Assembly (NCBI RefSeq): GCF_000981445.1
Contig: NC_027216.1
Span: 930,001-994,000 of the forward strand
Length of the DNA: 64,000 nt
Source: Babesia bigemina
Lineage: Eukaryota
Direction: 5' to 3'
The notes beneath the pieces were generated by a model. The model was given only the letters and a program-made list of their open reading frames with translations. It ran no database searches and was not told the DNA's origin. Position numbers and translations under genes: made by a program. This document shows, in pieces, positions 36,330 to 49,810 of the stretch (within the stretch, counting starts at the first letter, position 1; each line of letters begins with the position of its first letter).

Positions 36330-37895
36330 ATGAAGATCGTGCCTTCCTTTTTCGTGCTGCTCTGTTGCTGCTCAAGTGCACTTGGTGTCTGTGTCTGGAC
36401 CAGCGGGAACGCTGCTGAGCTGCTCTGCGCTCGCGCTGGCGGCTGGAGAGCTCCAGTCGCGGAGCCTCTACACCCTTTCGACTGCAACGCGTCGCGGAAT
36501 GGCGATGTCTACAGGTCCAGCAAGGCTACAAAATATTTGAATAATGCCAGTGTGCAGCGCGACCGCTTCTTTTCGAGCCGCGAGCGTCCCGGCAGCCGCT
36601 TGCGTTGCTCGGGTGTAGGATTCTCTAAAGGATTCCTAGTCTCCGACGCCGATAAATCGCGACCAAGACACACAGCGCTATCCGCACGCGCTAAAAAGGA
36701 TGTTGCTGTCAATACGGTGCCCGTGAAGCGTGATGTGCAGACCAAAGTTGCTGCCGTTCATGAGCTTCGCGAACGTGTGCTACTGGTGGATGGTACAGGG
36801 CTGGCTTATCGCTGTTTCTTCGCTCTTCCGACACTGACTACGTACCGGGGTACCGAGATTGGGGCCATTGTGGGCTTCATGAACTCGCTGGCAAGGATAT
36901 ACAGGTCGTTTGGCCCCAAGTACATCGGCATTGCGTTCGATTCCCCAGGCTCCAACAGCACTAAACGCGAGGTGTGGCCGGAGTACAAGGCGAACCGTCA
37001 GGCAATAAAGACGTCTTTCAAGAAACAGCTGATGTGGATCAAGGAGTTCTGCTCCATAGTCGGGCTCCCCATCTTCCTGCGGCGCTCGACGGAGGCTGAC
37101 GACATCATAGCCAGCATGATTACCTTCCTGAACGGAGGAGCCGGAAAAGACGACGCGGACCAATCAGGCGATGAAGAGGTGCAGCAGATGCGGCAGATCG
37201 ACTTCCGAGTCCCCAACCCGGCGCCTGGAGGCGTTTTCGACCGCGTGGCAGGCGCATCGGCCGCCCAGCTAGAGCGAATGGACGCCTCCACTGACAACGG
37301 TCTGCAAAAACGCAGCTTCGATGTGCACGTGCTCACAGCCGATAAGGATCTGCTTCAGGTCCTTCAGCACAACGGCGCTGGTAACGTGAACGTGCGTGTC
37401 GTGCAGCCGCACAAAAAGTTCCGGCTGGTTGACGAGTCGACCGTTCTTGAGGAGTATGGTAAGTCGCCACCCGTTGGTTAGATTACCTGCAGGCATTCCT
37501 CCGGGGCGTTTCAGCGAGTACCTGGCACTCGTCGGCGACTCGGCAGACAACATCCCCGGCGTGATGGGCATCGGGCCGAAGACCGCCCCCGTGCTCATCT
37601 CCAAGTACGGCTCGTTCAAGGTAGCTGGCCTTTGCGCTGTGCCTTAATGTGTTCGCAGGAGATAATCGATTCTGCGGAAATCGCGAAGATAGCGCGCCGC
37701 GGCGGGAAGCACAGCCTCAGCGTGGAACGCGCGTACGACTTCCACTTGATCACCAAGCTCCGTGGTGACGTCCCGGTGCTGTCGTCGCTGAGCCAGCTGC
37801 GGAAGAAGCGCACGCTCGAGCGGCAGTTCGTGGCGTTCTGCAGGATGTTCTCGCTGCAGAAATGCTCACTGCGCTGGCACGACGTGACCCACTGA
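36330..37895 (+). CDS. 5'-3' exonuclease (Pol I N-terminal/FEN-like), probable apicoplast leader (2 introns)
   Basis: [66 protein letters not shown]-terminal signal peptide plus basic Ser/Arg/Lys stretch. Confidence 0.88.
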
Positions 37896-38091
37896 GCGCG
37901 AGGCGGCGGCACCAACGCACGTACCAACAAACCCACGACCGGGTTTAACAAACTAATCAGTGTTACAGTTGTGTTTTCGAAACCCTTCAACATTCGGCGA
38001 AAGCGAACGTTTAGAACAAGTGCTGCCGTTGGCAGTGTTACGTGCCACGCCGCACTAATGCCTTCGTGGCGGACGCTCTGCCCTAAGACGC

Positions 38092-41000
38092 TCACCGGAG
38101 CTTTATGTAGACTAGAGACGACAGCAGAACCGCAACGGCGAACGTGACGGTGATAAACTTGTCGCTGACCGTCTCCAGCGGCTTGATCGCGGGCAGGGCG
38201 AAGTGGCACGGCTTGTAGTCCTCAGCCAGCAGATGCGGCACCACCGCCGCGTCGTAGAAGTTGGAAACGAACCATCCGTACGGATAGTGCCACCTATGCA
38301 GGAGGTGCGAAATGCGCGTGCGCTGGATGCAGAGGAAACCGAGCATTTTGTTGGTGTGCTCCCGCGATTCGGTCATGGAGCTGTAGTACCCGTACGACGC
38401 CTGGCAGTCCTGCGCCACGCCGGTGCCCGCCTCCAGCATCGTGGCATAGAGGTACGCAGCCTTGGGCTCGTTTCGGATCTTCGCCTCAAGCACCCATTTC
38501 GCCGACTCGTCGGGGTAGCGGTCCATGAGCGCCTCCGCCAGCAGCAGTGGCGACCCGCCCATGGCCGCGTGGCCACTGCGGCGAGCGTAGAAGATGTGGC
38601 ATTCGGAGGTCACGGAGGACTCTTCATTTTGCACGTACGGTGTGAATATTCCAACGCTTCTCTTGGGCATCTCGGCCAGCGCATTTTTGGATGCCTTACC
38701 GGGCACTGCGGCCTTGCTGGAACCCGAGTCGGAGCCGGCCCCTGCCTTTTTCGCGGCGCCGTTTCCATCACCCGCCTTTCGTTGCCCCATCAATTTCTTC
38801 GCGTCACCAATCTCACTACTTTTGGACACTCCCGTGGGAGGTGAGGGGATCACCGCCGTGTTTGAGGTTGTCCCCCGACCCGCTGTTTTTACGAGCGTTA
38901 CCTCGCCACCCACGTAACACAGCTTGTGGTTGTTCTTGAAATGGTTCGCTGCCTCAATGTGCGCCTGTGGGTCGCCCATCTCGGAGAGGAACATGCTCAG
39001 CAGCGCGTGGCCCAATTCGTCGCCGTGACGCGCCGCGCGGACGGAGAGGGCCCGGACCACTGCCGGCAGTGGCGCCTGTCTCCCCACCTGCTGGAAGTAC
39101 GTGAACGACGCCTTGCACCTGTCGATCGACGACGTGTACTTCAGGTCGTACCCATGCAGAGTTAGCACGGCCGTGTTGAACGCGGCCACGATGTTGCCGC
39201 TTCTGGCGGCGCGCCTGTAGTATTCCAGCGCCATGAAGACGTTCTTCCCATCTGCGGGCGTGATATCGCTGAGCATCCCCGCATAAGCGTGGCCCATCAG
39301 CAACTGCGAATTGGTGTCTCCTCTGTCCGCCGCATCCTGCAGATGCCGTGCAGCTACCGTCGGGTCCCTCGGCTGGCCTATACCGTAACGCGCCGCGTAG
39401 TACCGCGCAGTCGCCGCGGCAAGCTGGTTGCTCGACTCCGCTGCTATGTTCAGGTACCGTTCCGCGGCGCGCTCTATATCCGCCCGCGAGGTGCCGTCCA
39501 GCTGCAGCTGCTCGGCGGTGACGATAATGTCGTCGCCAATGCGTTCCCCTGGTTGCGGCGAGGCGTCACCGTTCCCCTCGTAATTCAGCAGGTTGATGAG
39601 ATGGTTTGCCATCGTGAGCGCGGAGATCACCTCGCCACGGTGCGCCGCCCGGGTCCAGTACTCCAGGGCCCTGGGCACATCGATTCCGATGTTACCCGCC
39701 TCGTGCCCATTGAAGTGGAAGTCGCCCATCACACGCAGCCCGTCCACGTCGCCCATCAGCGCGAGCTTCTTTATGAACTCCGCATAGCGGCGTGAGCGGT
39801 ACTCTGCGCTGCCCTCATCGTTAATTACATACATGCGTGTGCGCATCGCAGACTTCGCGGCGTCGAGGACGTACGGCAGCGCTTCGATACACTGGCTCCC
39901 CACCGCCTTGGGGCTCCGCTCCACCCCTGAGCGGACATGGATGTCGTCCAGCAGGCGCGACGGCGCCCCGATGCCACTGTACAGGTAGTAGCCGACGGCC
40001 AGGCTGGAGGCGTCATCCTCCTTGTAGTGCCCACTCAGGTAGCTCAACAGCGTCTTGTCGTAGTACTCCGTGTGCCGTTTGCGGATGGCGCGGCCGGAAG
40101 TTACCAACATCTGGTACACTGTGGAGTGGAGATGCGTCTTCCTCGTCTCCCAGGCGTACATGTTCTCCGCAACGGGCGGGTAGCCGATGCCCGATAGGAA
40201 CCCCAGTATGGAGTTGCACATGCCGCACGATGACCCGATGCCGTCCGTGATGTAGGCCAAGCTGCGAGCGATGTCGCGCGGCCATCCTCCCGGCAATTCC
40301 AGGCGCCCGTTGGGGGAAACAATCCCGAACATGTACAGGAAGGCGAGTAGGCACCGGCACTTCGCCACCAACTTGCTTCGCACGGGCGCGGGCAACGACT
40401 CGTACTGCTCGGCAATCTTGTCTAACATGTTATCGACAATCCGGCAGGTGTCGGGGGACCTGAACAAGATCCGGCCCCGTGATGGCGTGGATAGCGCAGT
40501 TACCCTGTGCAGCACGTCGTGCACCATCTGGAAGTCGATATTCTCCGCTTTCACGTTCAGCAGCCTCTGCAGCAACCGGTTGGGGTCGAAGATGAGCCCC
40601 ATGGGGTTGCTCCCGTCGTCATTCAGCGTGCCCGACACTGTGTGGTACAGGGTGTCATTTTTCATCGCCCAGTACGGATGGAACGTTTTGCTTGATTCGA
40701 AGAGTATCTCCTCGATCTCGTCTATCTCGTTGGGCAGCGGCAGTGACTGCGCGCCTTCATCACCGGGAGCCGACAGCAGATGCTCGTTGACCACTGCTCT
40801 AATCCGCCGGAGCGTCCCCAGGACCCCGTGCACGCGCCACACATGGCGCCGCGACCGCATTGCCATGAACGCCGGTATGCCGTGGTTCACCAGCATACGT
40901 CCCATCAGCACATGCGCCAGCCTGATTGTGATTTTGGCGATGTGCGCAGCCTCCGCATCCAGACACTCGTCCAGCGTCATCCGTGGCTTCAAGAGCGGGC

Positions 41001-42167
41001 GCCTCATGATCATCTTCAGCAGCTTCTCGTCAGTCGTCCCGAAAGTGCTCACGAAGTCGGAAAAATGCCCGATGTTGTCGAACATCTCCTCAGGGTAGTA
41101 CGATCTATCGGCCCCTGCCAGCAGCCCGTCTAGCATGAAGGCGTAATCCTGATTTACGGGCATCTTATCCACGGACCAGTGCGATATGAGCCGCGCGAAC
41201 TTGTTGTGCTTGCTGGTGTCCAACGCGACGTGGTATTTGAATATCAGAACTTCATTTTCGTAGTTGCGATAGCAGTATATCAGCTGCTTCTTGAGCTGAG
41301 CACCGTTGTACGGCAGCGGCTGCCGGTACACCTTGAATTGCTGCGACAGCACCCGCCACAGGTACGTGTAGGCAGCCTCATTATCCAGGTACGTGGGCCA
41401 AGAGGCGGAATCACGTTTGAAGCCCTCATACTGCTTCAACTTTGCCCTGTCGTTGCGCAGCAGCGCCACCGCCAGCACGTGGGCGGTTCCGCCCGCAGGC
41501 ACCCTCAGCGGAGTGCTCAGCAGCTGGAAATGATTCATCGTGCCATGCGGCATATCCGTGTTGCTGAGCGTGGATTCATGCAGCACCGGTGAATTCAGCA
41601 GGTGCAGCATGATCTCCAACCTGCGAGGAACCATCACCGTGCCCCATCGCAGCAGGCGGCCGTTGCCCTGCTCCACCATGTCGAAGCGCCCGAACTCTCG
41701 CACTGCGAGACGCGACACCATCCAACTCTCGAATATGCTCCGCTCGACCTCTTCCATGGACGGCTGCAAGTTGTTAGTGGAAATATACGCCAAACTTATA
41801 AACACAAATGAGTATACATGTCATACCATCGCATGTGCAAAACGGGTATGATAACAGGAATCACATACGCACATCTCTCAAAAACGCTTTCAGCAGACAT
41901 AACTAGAGGTAACGCAGTGTATGGACGTGCTGTAGTCCCTGTGTAACCCAGCGAAAGGAAAGCAAAAACGGAGCAACCGTCAATCACACCACGACAACCT
42001 ACGCATATACGCAATTATGGCAGGCGGTTAGCGAGTGCATATCACGGTATACTCACCTCTACAGGCTCCTGATGGGTCGTAGCTGGCAGCCAACCGACGC
42101 TCGCCATTCCGGCGGTGGCGGTGGCTGCCGTAGCCACGTATAACAGCGCTACTACGTTCATGCGCAT
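38092..42167 (-). CDS. Sel1-repeat type I membrane protein, SEL1L/HRD3-like
   Basis: Exon 1 has a signal peptide (MRMNVVALLYVATAATATAG; 42167-~42056). The large exon has Sel1 repeats (DVPRALEYWTRAAHRG, KNVFMALEYYRRAARSG, GTGVAQDCQAS) and a C-terminal TM. Confidence 0.75.
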
Positions 42168-42657
42168 ACACACCTACACATTCTCCACAGTTTTGTGTTT
42201 ATGTGCAAGAAATATTCATAATAGCGCGCCTTGCCTTCCTGTCTCAGTGTGGTCGCGCAGTGAGTCGGCGCGGCGTTATGGCAATTGCGTCAACGAGGCT
42301 CTGTCGATAGACATGGAGTTGCGTTAATAAGATCTATAAATGCTATTTAAAGTGGTTATTCATTGCTGTGCAATAGCAAAGGAAATAGGTGTTGCTATGC
42401 TTGAGTCGGTAAGGAGCCAATTCCTAGAGCTGTGCTTTGCTTGTTCAGTCAATACGCTATCGATTAGATCGCCTATAATAGTCTCACGAGAGACACAAAC
42501 GTCTGAGATGTGTTATCCAGTTACCAACGAACACCTGGCATCGCAAGCCCAGTAACCAAACAAAAAACAAAAAAGGCAGAGCCAATGCACATGTGCATTT
42601 AATGCAATCATAAAACGCAATAAAGTGTGATAATACAAATGTTCAAGGCAATAGGTA

Positions 42658-42730
42658 TACCTCCGGCGGGACTCGAACCCGCAACCTTCGGATTAGAAGT
42701 CCGACGCGCTATCCATTGCGCCACAAAGGC
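42658..42730 (-). tRNA. tRNA-Arg(TCT)
   Basis: GCCTTTGTGGCGCAATGGATAGCGCGTCGGACTTCTAATCCGAAGGTTGCGGGTTCGAGTCCCGCCGGAGGTA folds as a cloverleaf with anticodon TCT and a GTTCGA T-loop. Confidence 0.95.
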
Positions 42731-42836
42731 CTACCCCATGAGGCCTATTTTCATTTTATTATGTAAAAATGAGACGTATATGAACCACATTGATCGTTCA
42801 GGTGTGTGCGGGTCGGCAATTTAAAGCGGTTCGAAA

Positions 42837-43310
42837 ATGATCATCGGGACCAGCGCTTCGCGGCGCAGTATGCGCCTCTCGCCGGAGGTTAGCAGAATTC
42901 TCTATTTGAGGTGAGTAGAGTGATTCGTCGCGTCGTCATAACTCTCTTCAGGAACCTGCCGTACAAAATCTCCGCCGAGGAGCTATACGACATCTTTGGA
43001 AAGTACGGATCAGTACGGCAAATTAGGAAGTAAGTTTTGAACAGAATCTCCGCTACTTGTCTAGCTTTAACTTTCCAATAACTGCCGCCTCAGGGGTAAC
43101 AGTCCAAGGACTAACGGCACAGCCTTTGTCGTCTACGACGACATATACGACGCCAAGAACGCCCTTGACCATCTGTCTGGATTCAACGTCGCGGGCAGAT
43201 ATCTGGTTGTACTGTATTACAACCCGACCCGTCTCAACAAGCGCAAGGACCTAGACAAGGAGCAGGAGGAACTTGACAGGGTCAAATCCAGTTTGAACAT
43301 GAACAACTAG
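42837..43310 (+). CDS. SF3B6: Splicing factor 3B subunit 6 (p14), 2 introns
   Basis: [82 protein letters not shown]. Confidence 0.95.
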
Positions 43311-44115
43311 TCTTCGGAGCGTATGATCTAGAAGTTTTTATCGCAGATACCAGAAGAAATCTATACGGCAATGACCGAACTGCAACGTAATCTTACACAA
43401 AATTCAAGCAAAATAGGTCCTTTTGCGATTAGTTTATTGTATAGTGGCAATATTGGTCTGCTGTAAGTTATATGATCGTGGTGGGATGTCGATTGTGAAC
43501 ACGAACGCAGTGATGACTGTTAAGCAGCTTAGATAGGAATCCCTAATTGTACGATATATATGCATAATGAAAAGCAGCGAACCGAAAACGCAGCATTTCT
43601 ATCATTTCATCTATGTGAGGTTTAGCTCCTTTAAGACAATATGCCAAATTGCTTTAAATTTAACTACAATGCGTCGTGATAGCGCACGTGCCGTAAGTAA
43701 GCCAGTACGTGTTAGCATTCCGGTTGCATTTCACTCTAACGACATTTACACCGATATTACTAACCGTGTTGCGTAGATAGGGTGGTTTAAAATCGGATTA
43801 GTTGCTTATACACCAGGCAGCATTACTGCGGAGCCCTAGGGAACGTCGTGAGAATATAGGAGCTTTTAAGAGCAAGCTTTACCTATTTTACACGTCATTA
43901 AGATTCGATACATTTACTCATTGACAACCGGACACTTTGCAAATCTGTGTATAATGGAAGGTTGAGGTAATGTGTGTGACCTGTGTAGCGACTGTTGGGA
44001 TCAAAGGGCATTGACTTTTACCAATAACGCGGATTCCACGCCAGTTTGGAATCGTTTGTTAAATTTAGCAGCTGCTCCGTCGCAGTCACTGCACGGCAGC
44101 GGAAGAGCACCGAGC

Positions 44116-44831
44116 ATGGCGACAGTGCTCAGGGCCGGGTTGCCTCGGCTCGGATTGGATCCGGACGAGGACATCGTAGACTACCTAATCGCATTAATAG
44201 AAGCAGAAGGGCCGGAAGGATGTGCTGAATGGCTAGAGAGCGCTGCCACTGGCGACCATGGCGACGCCGCTCGTGAACTGGCTGAGGCGGCGTTCGCAGA
44301 ACTCAGCGGTATGTTTGTTCTTGGTCATACGCAAATTCGCTCGAAGGCACACCGGCTGAGAGTGGAGGTGCTAGAGAACTAATGTCGCCGATCGTAAGTT
44401 CCGGGGCAGCTGCGGAAATGGGTGATCCCCTTGACTCTCTGGACGTCGCAATAGATGAGGCAAAGGCGGCAGGTAACGCCACACGTACCACTGGTCCTGG
44501 TAGTGGCTGGCAACAGAATAGCAACCTAGACAAGGGTGTTAGACGCGAACTAGTGCAGCGCTATGCCTGCTTCGATCTGCAGACGGTCCACATAGGAGAG
44601 GACGGCCAGGTGTGCTCATCGGGCACGACCACGAGAAATGTGGAGAAGGAAGTAGCTATACCCACGAACGACAACGCCGCCAGGGTAGCACAGGAGCAGT
44701 ATGCACGCCGTATGTCGCAGAAGCAGCAGCACCTGGAAGCTCAGGAGAAACAACGCCAGCAGAAGCTGAAACAGCAACAGCACGATGAGAAGGAACGCAT
44801 GCGGTGCCAGAAGAAGGAACGTCAAAGGTGA
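44116..44831 (+). CDS. CCDC43-like coiled-coil protein
   Basis: N-terminal LPRLGLDPDEDIVDYLIALIE and C-terminal NDNAARVAQEQ...KERMRCQKKERQR; one intron probable near 44309-44350. Confidence 0.6.
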
Positions 44832-45380
44832 TAGAAACCATGTACATATGCCACAAAGAATGTACTATTTCGGCACTGCCTTTAATTTACGTTTGTTTGG
44901 ATACCACGTGTGGCATCGTTTAATATCGCGCGTATGGGATCACTCCCCACACGATGCAGGCACAAAATGTGCGCGACGCATCAAACGTACGTCGTACATC
45001 ATGGACGTTCTTCCCAGAGCGGTTTCATCATGCCGCGTTGATTGGCAAGTAGTGCGTGAGTCCCGGTAGTCTCTGGTGTCCATTTCCGACATTAAAAATC
45101 CGTGTGCTTGCTCAAAATGTTAATGACGTCAACAATATCATTACTTAAAATCCAATCCTACGTCATCACAGCAGACGTCGCCTTGAAAATCGTCAGTTGC
45201 TTGGGCACTATCCCTCCCACGCCTTGGGAAATTCTTATTGGCGATATCTTTTAAGCGTATCAGTCCCCTTCAAGGGCTCTTGACTCGTTACACCGATATT
45301 CAATATGGTGATATCATGCTTGAATTGGCTGGCGTTTGCATGGTCGCCGATACGACAACGACTTCACGGACAAATTACCT

Positions 45381-45602
45381 TTACGCCATAGCCGGACAAG
45401 GATTAGGAGGGCACGGATTAATGTTACACGTGTTGTAGTATACCGAGACAAATGGGAAGGCGGGATATCTGCACATATAGAAGTACGGCCAGTGCCACCG
45501 GCCAAAACGGATTATGCAATACACAGCTATGGCGAAAACGACCAACATCCCAATTCCAACTGTCACTGGAACTACTGTAAACTCAGTATCAGACGACGAC
45601 AT
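45381..45602 (-). CDS. Small single-TM Tyr/Pro/Cys-rich protein
   Basis: AAAATG start context; TM VVPVTVGIGMLVVFAIAVYCII followed by R, with a PCPPNPCP tail. Confidence 0.45.
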   Translation of the reverse strand: MSSSDTEFTVVPVTVGIGMLVVFAIAVYCIIRFGRWHWPYFYMCRYPAFPFVSVYYNTCNINPCPPNPCPAMA

Positions 45603-46569
45603 TTTGGCGGAACCCAGTTTGGATGACCTGCGCAGCGCTGTGCAATGTTCCTGAATGCCAGTGACCAGAATAAAGCGATTCCCGATTCCGCTTGCGTAAC
45701 TGAATATGTTTACAAGTATCTTCTAATATACATGACAATGTAACGTTGTGTGCTGTTTTTGTTATGATCATGAAAAACCGACCAGGGCGCGCGGAGCTAT
45801 GAGGCCAACTACTGCGACCCTGAAAAAAGTTAGGGGAAAGAATAGCCGCCCAATCTCCAGCAAATGCCACCAGTGACCAACACTGCTTCTCAGAAACAGC
45901 TCCCACCTACATTAGACACGAATTAGTCAAGAATGTGTTCGGCATTGTCACCATCCAACTCGCTGTAAGTCAGCTTGTACAACGTAGCGCTACGAATCCC
46001 CTTCGACGCATTATTCGTTACCTTCTGGTGCAATTATTATGTATCACTCTGGATTCTGTAGCATGGTAGAGCCGTTTTCCCTCCTTATGACTGCTCCTTT
46101 CTCATACGACACCTTGTTCATTGGCGGCGTTTGTCTAACTGAACTACGCAGTCACAGGCATTTATTGTCAGCATCGTAATAAGCCTCGAATTCGTAACCC
46201 CAGACTGAACTCTATCAGCCACTTCGTTGGTCACCGCAAACCTAGTGACCTGGTTATTTCTAACCCCTAAAATAAAAGGTTGCAACGCGAGTGAGCACAA
46301 TGCCAGTCTGGATGGAGTGTATACATTACCGCATCATATACAGGGCAGTGTAGTTGGTTTCAAAGCACGCTGGCAAAGTTATTCATCAATGTACTTGTTA
46401 GCCGTGAATGTAAAGTGTTGTGAATATAATTGAGGGCAATATCCAGAGGTTTGAAGTGGCGACTGGAATTTATCGTAAGTACCTCGCAGCTATGCACCTA
46501 CTATATTAATTTCAATTTCCAAAATTACTTGCTGATCGAGATAGTTTTGGACAGTCGTATGGTACAATA

Positions 46570-46860
46570 TTACTTCTCGATCGCTTTGGCCTTCTTGTAC
46601 TCGTAGAGCCTATATAGCTGGGCGGCTTGTACCGTGGAGTTGCAGAGGTGGCATGAGAATAGCAGCATGTTGCGCGGCTTTACGGCGATGGCGAATCGCA
46701 TGAAGAGCATACTGTAGAAACACAAGACTCCAGTCATGCGCCCAGATATGCGTTCGGGGTCCTTACGCATTTCACTGAGGCCCGCTACTACGAAGCCCCA
46801 ATTAGCGACAGGACCCCAGAAGTGGGTGGTAAGGAAGTACCTACCAGCAGCAGGCGCCAT
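46570..46860 (-). CDS. MPC1: Mitochondrial pyruvate carrier 1
   Basis: TTHFWGPVANWG, PERISGRMT, LFMRFA.V.PRNMLLFSCH. Confidence 0.92.
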   Translation of the reverse strand: MAPAAGRYFLTTHFWGPVANWGFVVAGLSEMRKDPERISGRMTGVLCFYSMLFMRFAIAVKPRNMLLFSCHLCNSTVQAAQLYRLYEYKKAKAIEK

Positions 46861-47478
46861 TGTAACTGCTCCGGCGCAATACACGCCTAGCAGCCGCGTG
46901 GGTTTTACTGCGCAACTGTGGTCTCGTTTCAGATGCCAAATGAAGAAGGTGTCCGTCAGCCGATAAATAAACGCAGTGTTATTGCGCTTGGTTTTTCACT
47001 AAGATGAATTGCTATTGTGCGCCATATGCTAATTGCCGTCACCGTTGTCTACGCGGCATCAGTAACGCAATGGAGTCCATAGGGTGTGTGGCACGGCGAT
47101 TCCTGGACGCCTCCAAACTGTGGAGGCGTACACCTCGTGCATTAGGTAACAGCTAATTAGCGGGTGTATGATTGTAATATACCTCATTTGGGGTAGAATC
47201 TTGCACGTTATTCGCGCACTGTGCTGCCGTACCGCTTGGCTGTCGACGCAACGCATCCGGGCGACTAACAGAAGTCCATGTTGCACTTTCCAGTTGTTGC
47301 GCAATTTGTCAGTTTTATTCGCATAACGTGACGGTGTGTTGACGAGACCATGAGCGGGTTTCGTGACCTGATCGTCCAAAGAGGGTGTTAACCTGGTTTA
47401 CGGTAGCCCCTGCTTATCTACAGCTAAGCCGCGCACCACTATCTTAGTTTAAACTAATGATTACAGTTTCCTCGTTTA

Positions 47479-49214
47479 TCATGACTCCTGAACAATGGCG
47501 TCTATGTCTCGCGTCAGAATAGACCGCTCGTAGTTGCTCAGCCTTTGGTTGACGACGGAGTACAGCAAGTTCACCAGCGCAAGGTAAAGGCCAGCAGCGG
47601 AGTTCGCGTTCAGCGCGAGGGTCATGTGCAGCAGTAACACCGGCCACTCAATGCCCCGAGGGAACAACCGCACGAGGTAGTCGTGGTAGTAGGTGAGCTG
47701 TACCAGCAGATCCAGCTGCACCGACTTGAATAGCTTAGGGATGTTGTGCAAAGCGTTCCGGGCGTACCCAGTTGCCGCAGCCTGGCTCTCCGTTGCGCGG
47801 AACCCGGCTGAGTCCAGCAAATGTTCCACGTCTACCGCGTTAGCCAAGTTCTTGAACAGCATCAATGTGACCACGGTTGCCGCACTTGATAGAGCGCACA
47901 GTACGCCTGTAACCACAGAAGCAATCTGCGACGCGTAGGGGCTAATGATGAAGGATGCGGTGTGGTAGTTATCCCTGAAAAAGGCGTATTGCGCCGCAGT
48001 GAACACAGCCACCCTTGTGAGCACAGCGGTGTGTACAAGCACGTGAACCACGCTCTTTGCCACATCCAAATTCCAGTAGCCACCCAGAATGCTCGAACCG
48101 AGCATGCCGACGGTGTGAGGCACAAATGAAAGCGATTGCGATAGTCTCGAGAATACATTGCCGGCGGGGGCTGGGAGCATGTTACTCCACTGCATAGTGC
48201 GTCCGTAGAACCATGCGCGCAAGACCAATTTCAGCGCAGACTCCGCGGAGAGGATGCGTATCATGGACTGCAAGACGTACTCCACAGATAAGTCACCACA
48301 TTCTCCCTGGAAAGCCCACCGCTTGCGCAAATAATCCATAATGCATGGCATAGAGGCCAGCTTGGCGACTACCAGCGGTAACGTTGACGCACCGGCCATT
48401 AGCATAAGCGACAGCGGGCGCTCGCTCTGCAACGGTTTCTGGTCGAGCATGAGCAGCCTCAGCGACGCCAAGAGATTGCCAAGAATGCTAAACGCATTCG
48501 GTTGGGGCACAATGGCGCAATATGGCTGCATGTTGCCTATTCGTCGTACAACAGCCGTGCTGACTCGCGGAATAGCAAGCTCGGTCTTTCCTTTCAATTC
48601 AGTCCACCTTGAGTCGAAAATGGCAAATGGCGCATTTATGTCGTCAGTTGCAACTTGCCTGACATGAGCGCCTTTGTTCAGGGCATGAAAACCTTGAAAT
48701 GATGTGATCGCGCATTTGCTGCCAACCACTGGGCTCATCACAGACTCCTGGAAGCTATCGGAAGAGCATTTAAGGAGCCTTAAATCTGAAACCGGTAATT
48801 CACTGTGCGAGTGATTTTCATTCGAATAAACATGCGCTTCGTTTTCTTCAGAGTTATACGCATATGATGGTGTCGAATTGTGGCGTATCGTTGATCCGGT
48901 TGCAGCCTTCCTTGTTGCGATCCTACTGACCACTGGTGTAGCAGGTATGTTCGCCCTGGCCTTTTGAACCGTCTCTAGCGATTCAACTCCGCGTGTTATG
49001 GTGCCCAAGCCATCTGTGCGTGGGTAGAAGATCGCCTGCAATCAATTAGACAGATCAGTTTAGCCGCGGTGTGCCAGCGCGCGTGCAGCTTTGTGGCCAC
49101 TGTGGCTCTCACACCTACCTTCTGCGACCGGTGAATGTCCTTAGCCGTGGAAGACGCCAAAAACAGCGCCGATAGCGACGTGATAAGTATTGTCCACATC
49201 TTTGGCCCGGCCAA
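47479..49214 (-). CDS. Hypothetical membrane protein with signal peptide (1 intron)
   Basis: Exon 1 MWTILITSLSALFLASSTA, intron ~49037-49118, 520-aa exon with several C-terminal hydrophobic segments. Confidence 0.7.
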
Positions 49215-49810
49215 TTGTGTCCACTGTCTTCAATGGGCGACGAGGGATGCGCTGCGATGTGCGCTGTCAACCGCCCATTGACCGTGCCATATGTTTGTAT
49301 CCGCCGTTCCACGGCGATGTGTCTGTTTTCAGTAACCGGCTACCCGGCTTAGCCTTTGTTCCCCATCTCTGTCACCGCCCTTGCGCCCTCGCGCTCCTTT
49401 AGAAGCATTGATATCCGTGCATCACACCGGCGATTTGTGGTGGCACATAACATTAAATTGCTTGGCACGGCATTGTTTTGACTTTTCAGCATACAGAACG
49501 TTCCCCCTAATCTGACGGATACCGCGACGTTGCGTGGCCTTCAGGGCTTTCGGTAAGGAGCGGCGTATTCTAGGGTGAGGGGGCAATTCGTGTATGTTCA
49601 AGTTTATGATTGGTAAAAGTGATGCGGGATTAAGTTTGGGCACGTGATTTGTGGCGACGTATCTCAAGTTATATTCGGAGGTAGGGGTTACAACAAGTAA
49701 CGCCCATATCTGTGAGCCATATAGGATATAAACCGCAGCACACCGGTGTGAGATGTACAACTGAATCGATTATAATCTCTGCAATACTATCTCCTACACA
49801 CCTGCAGACG

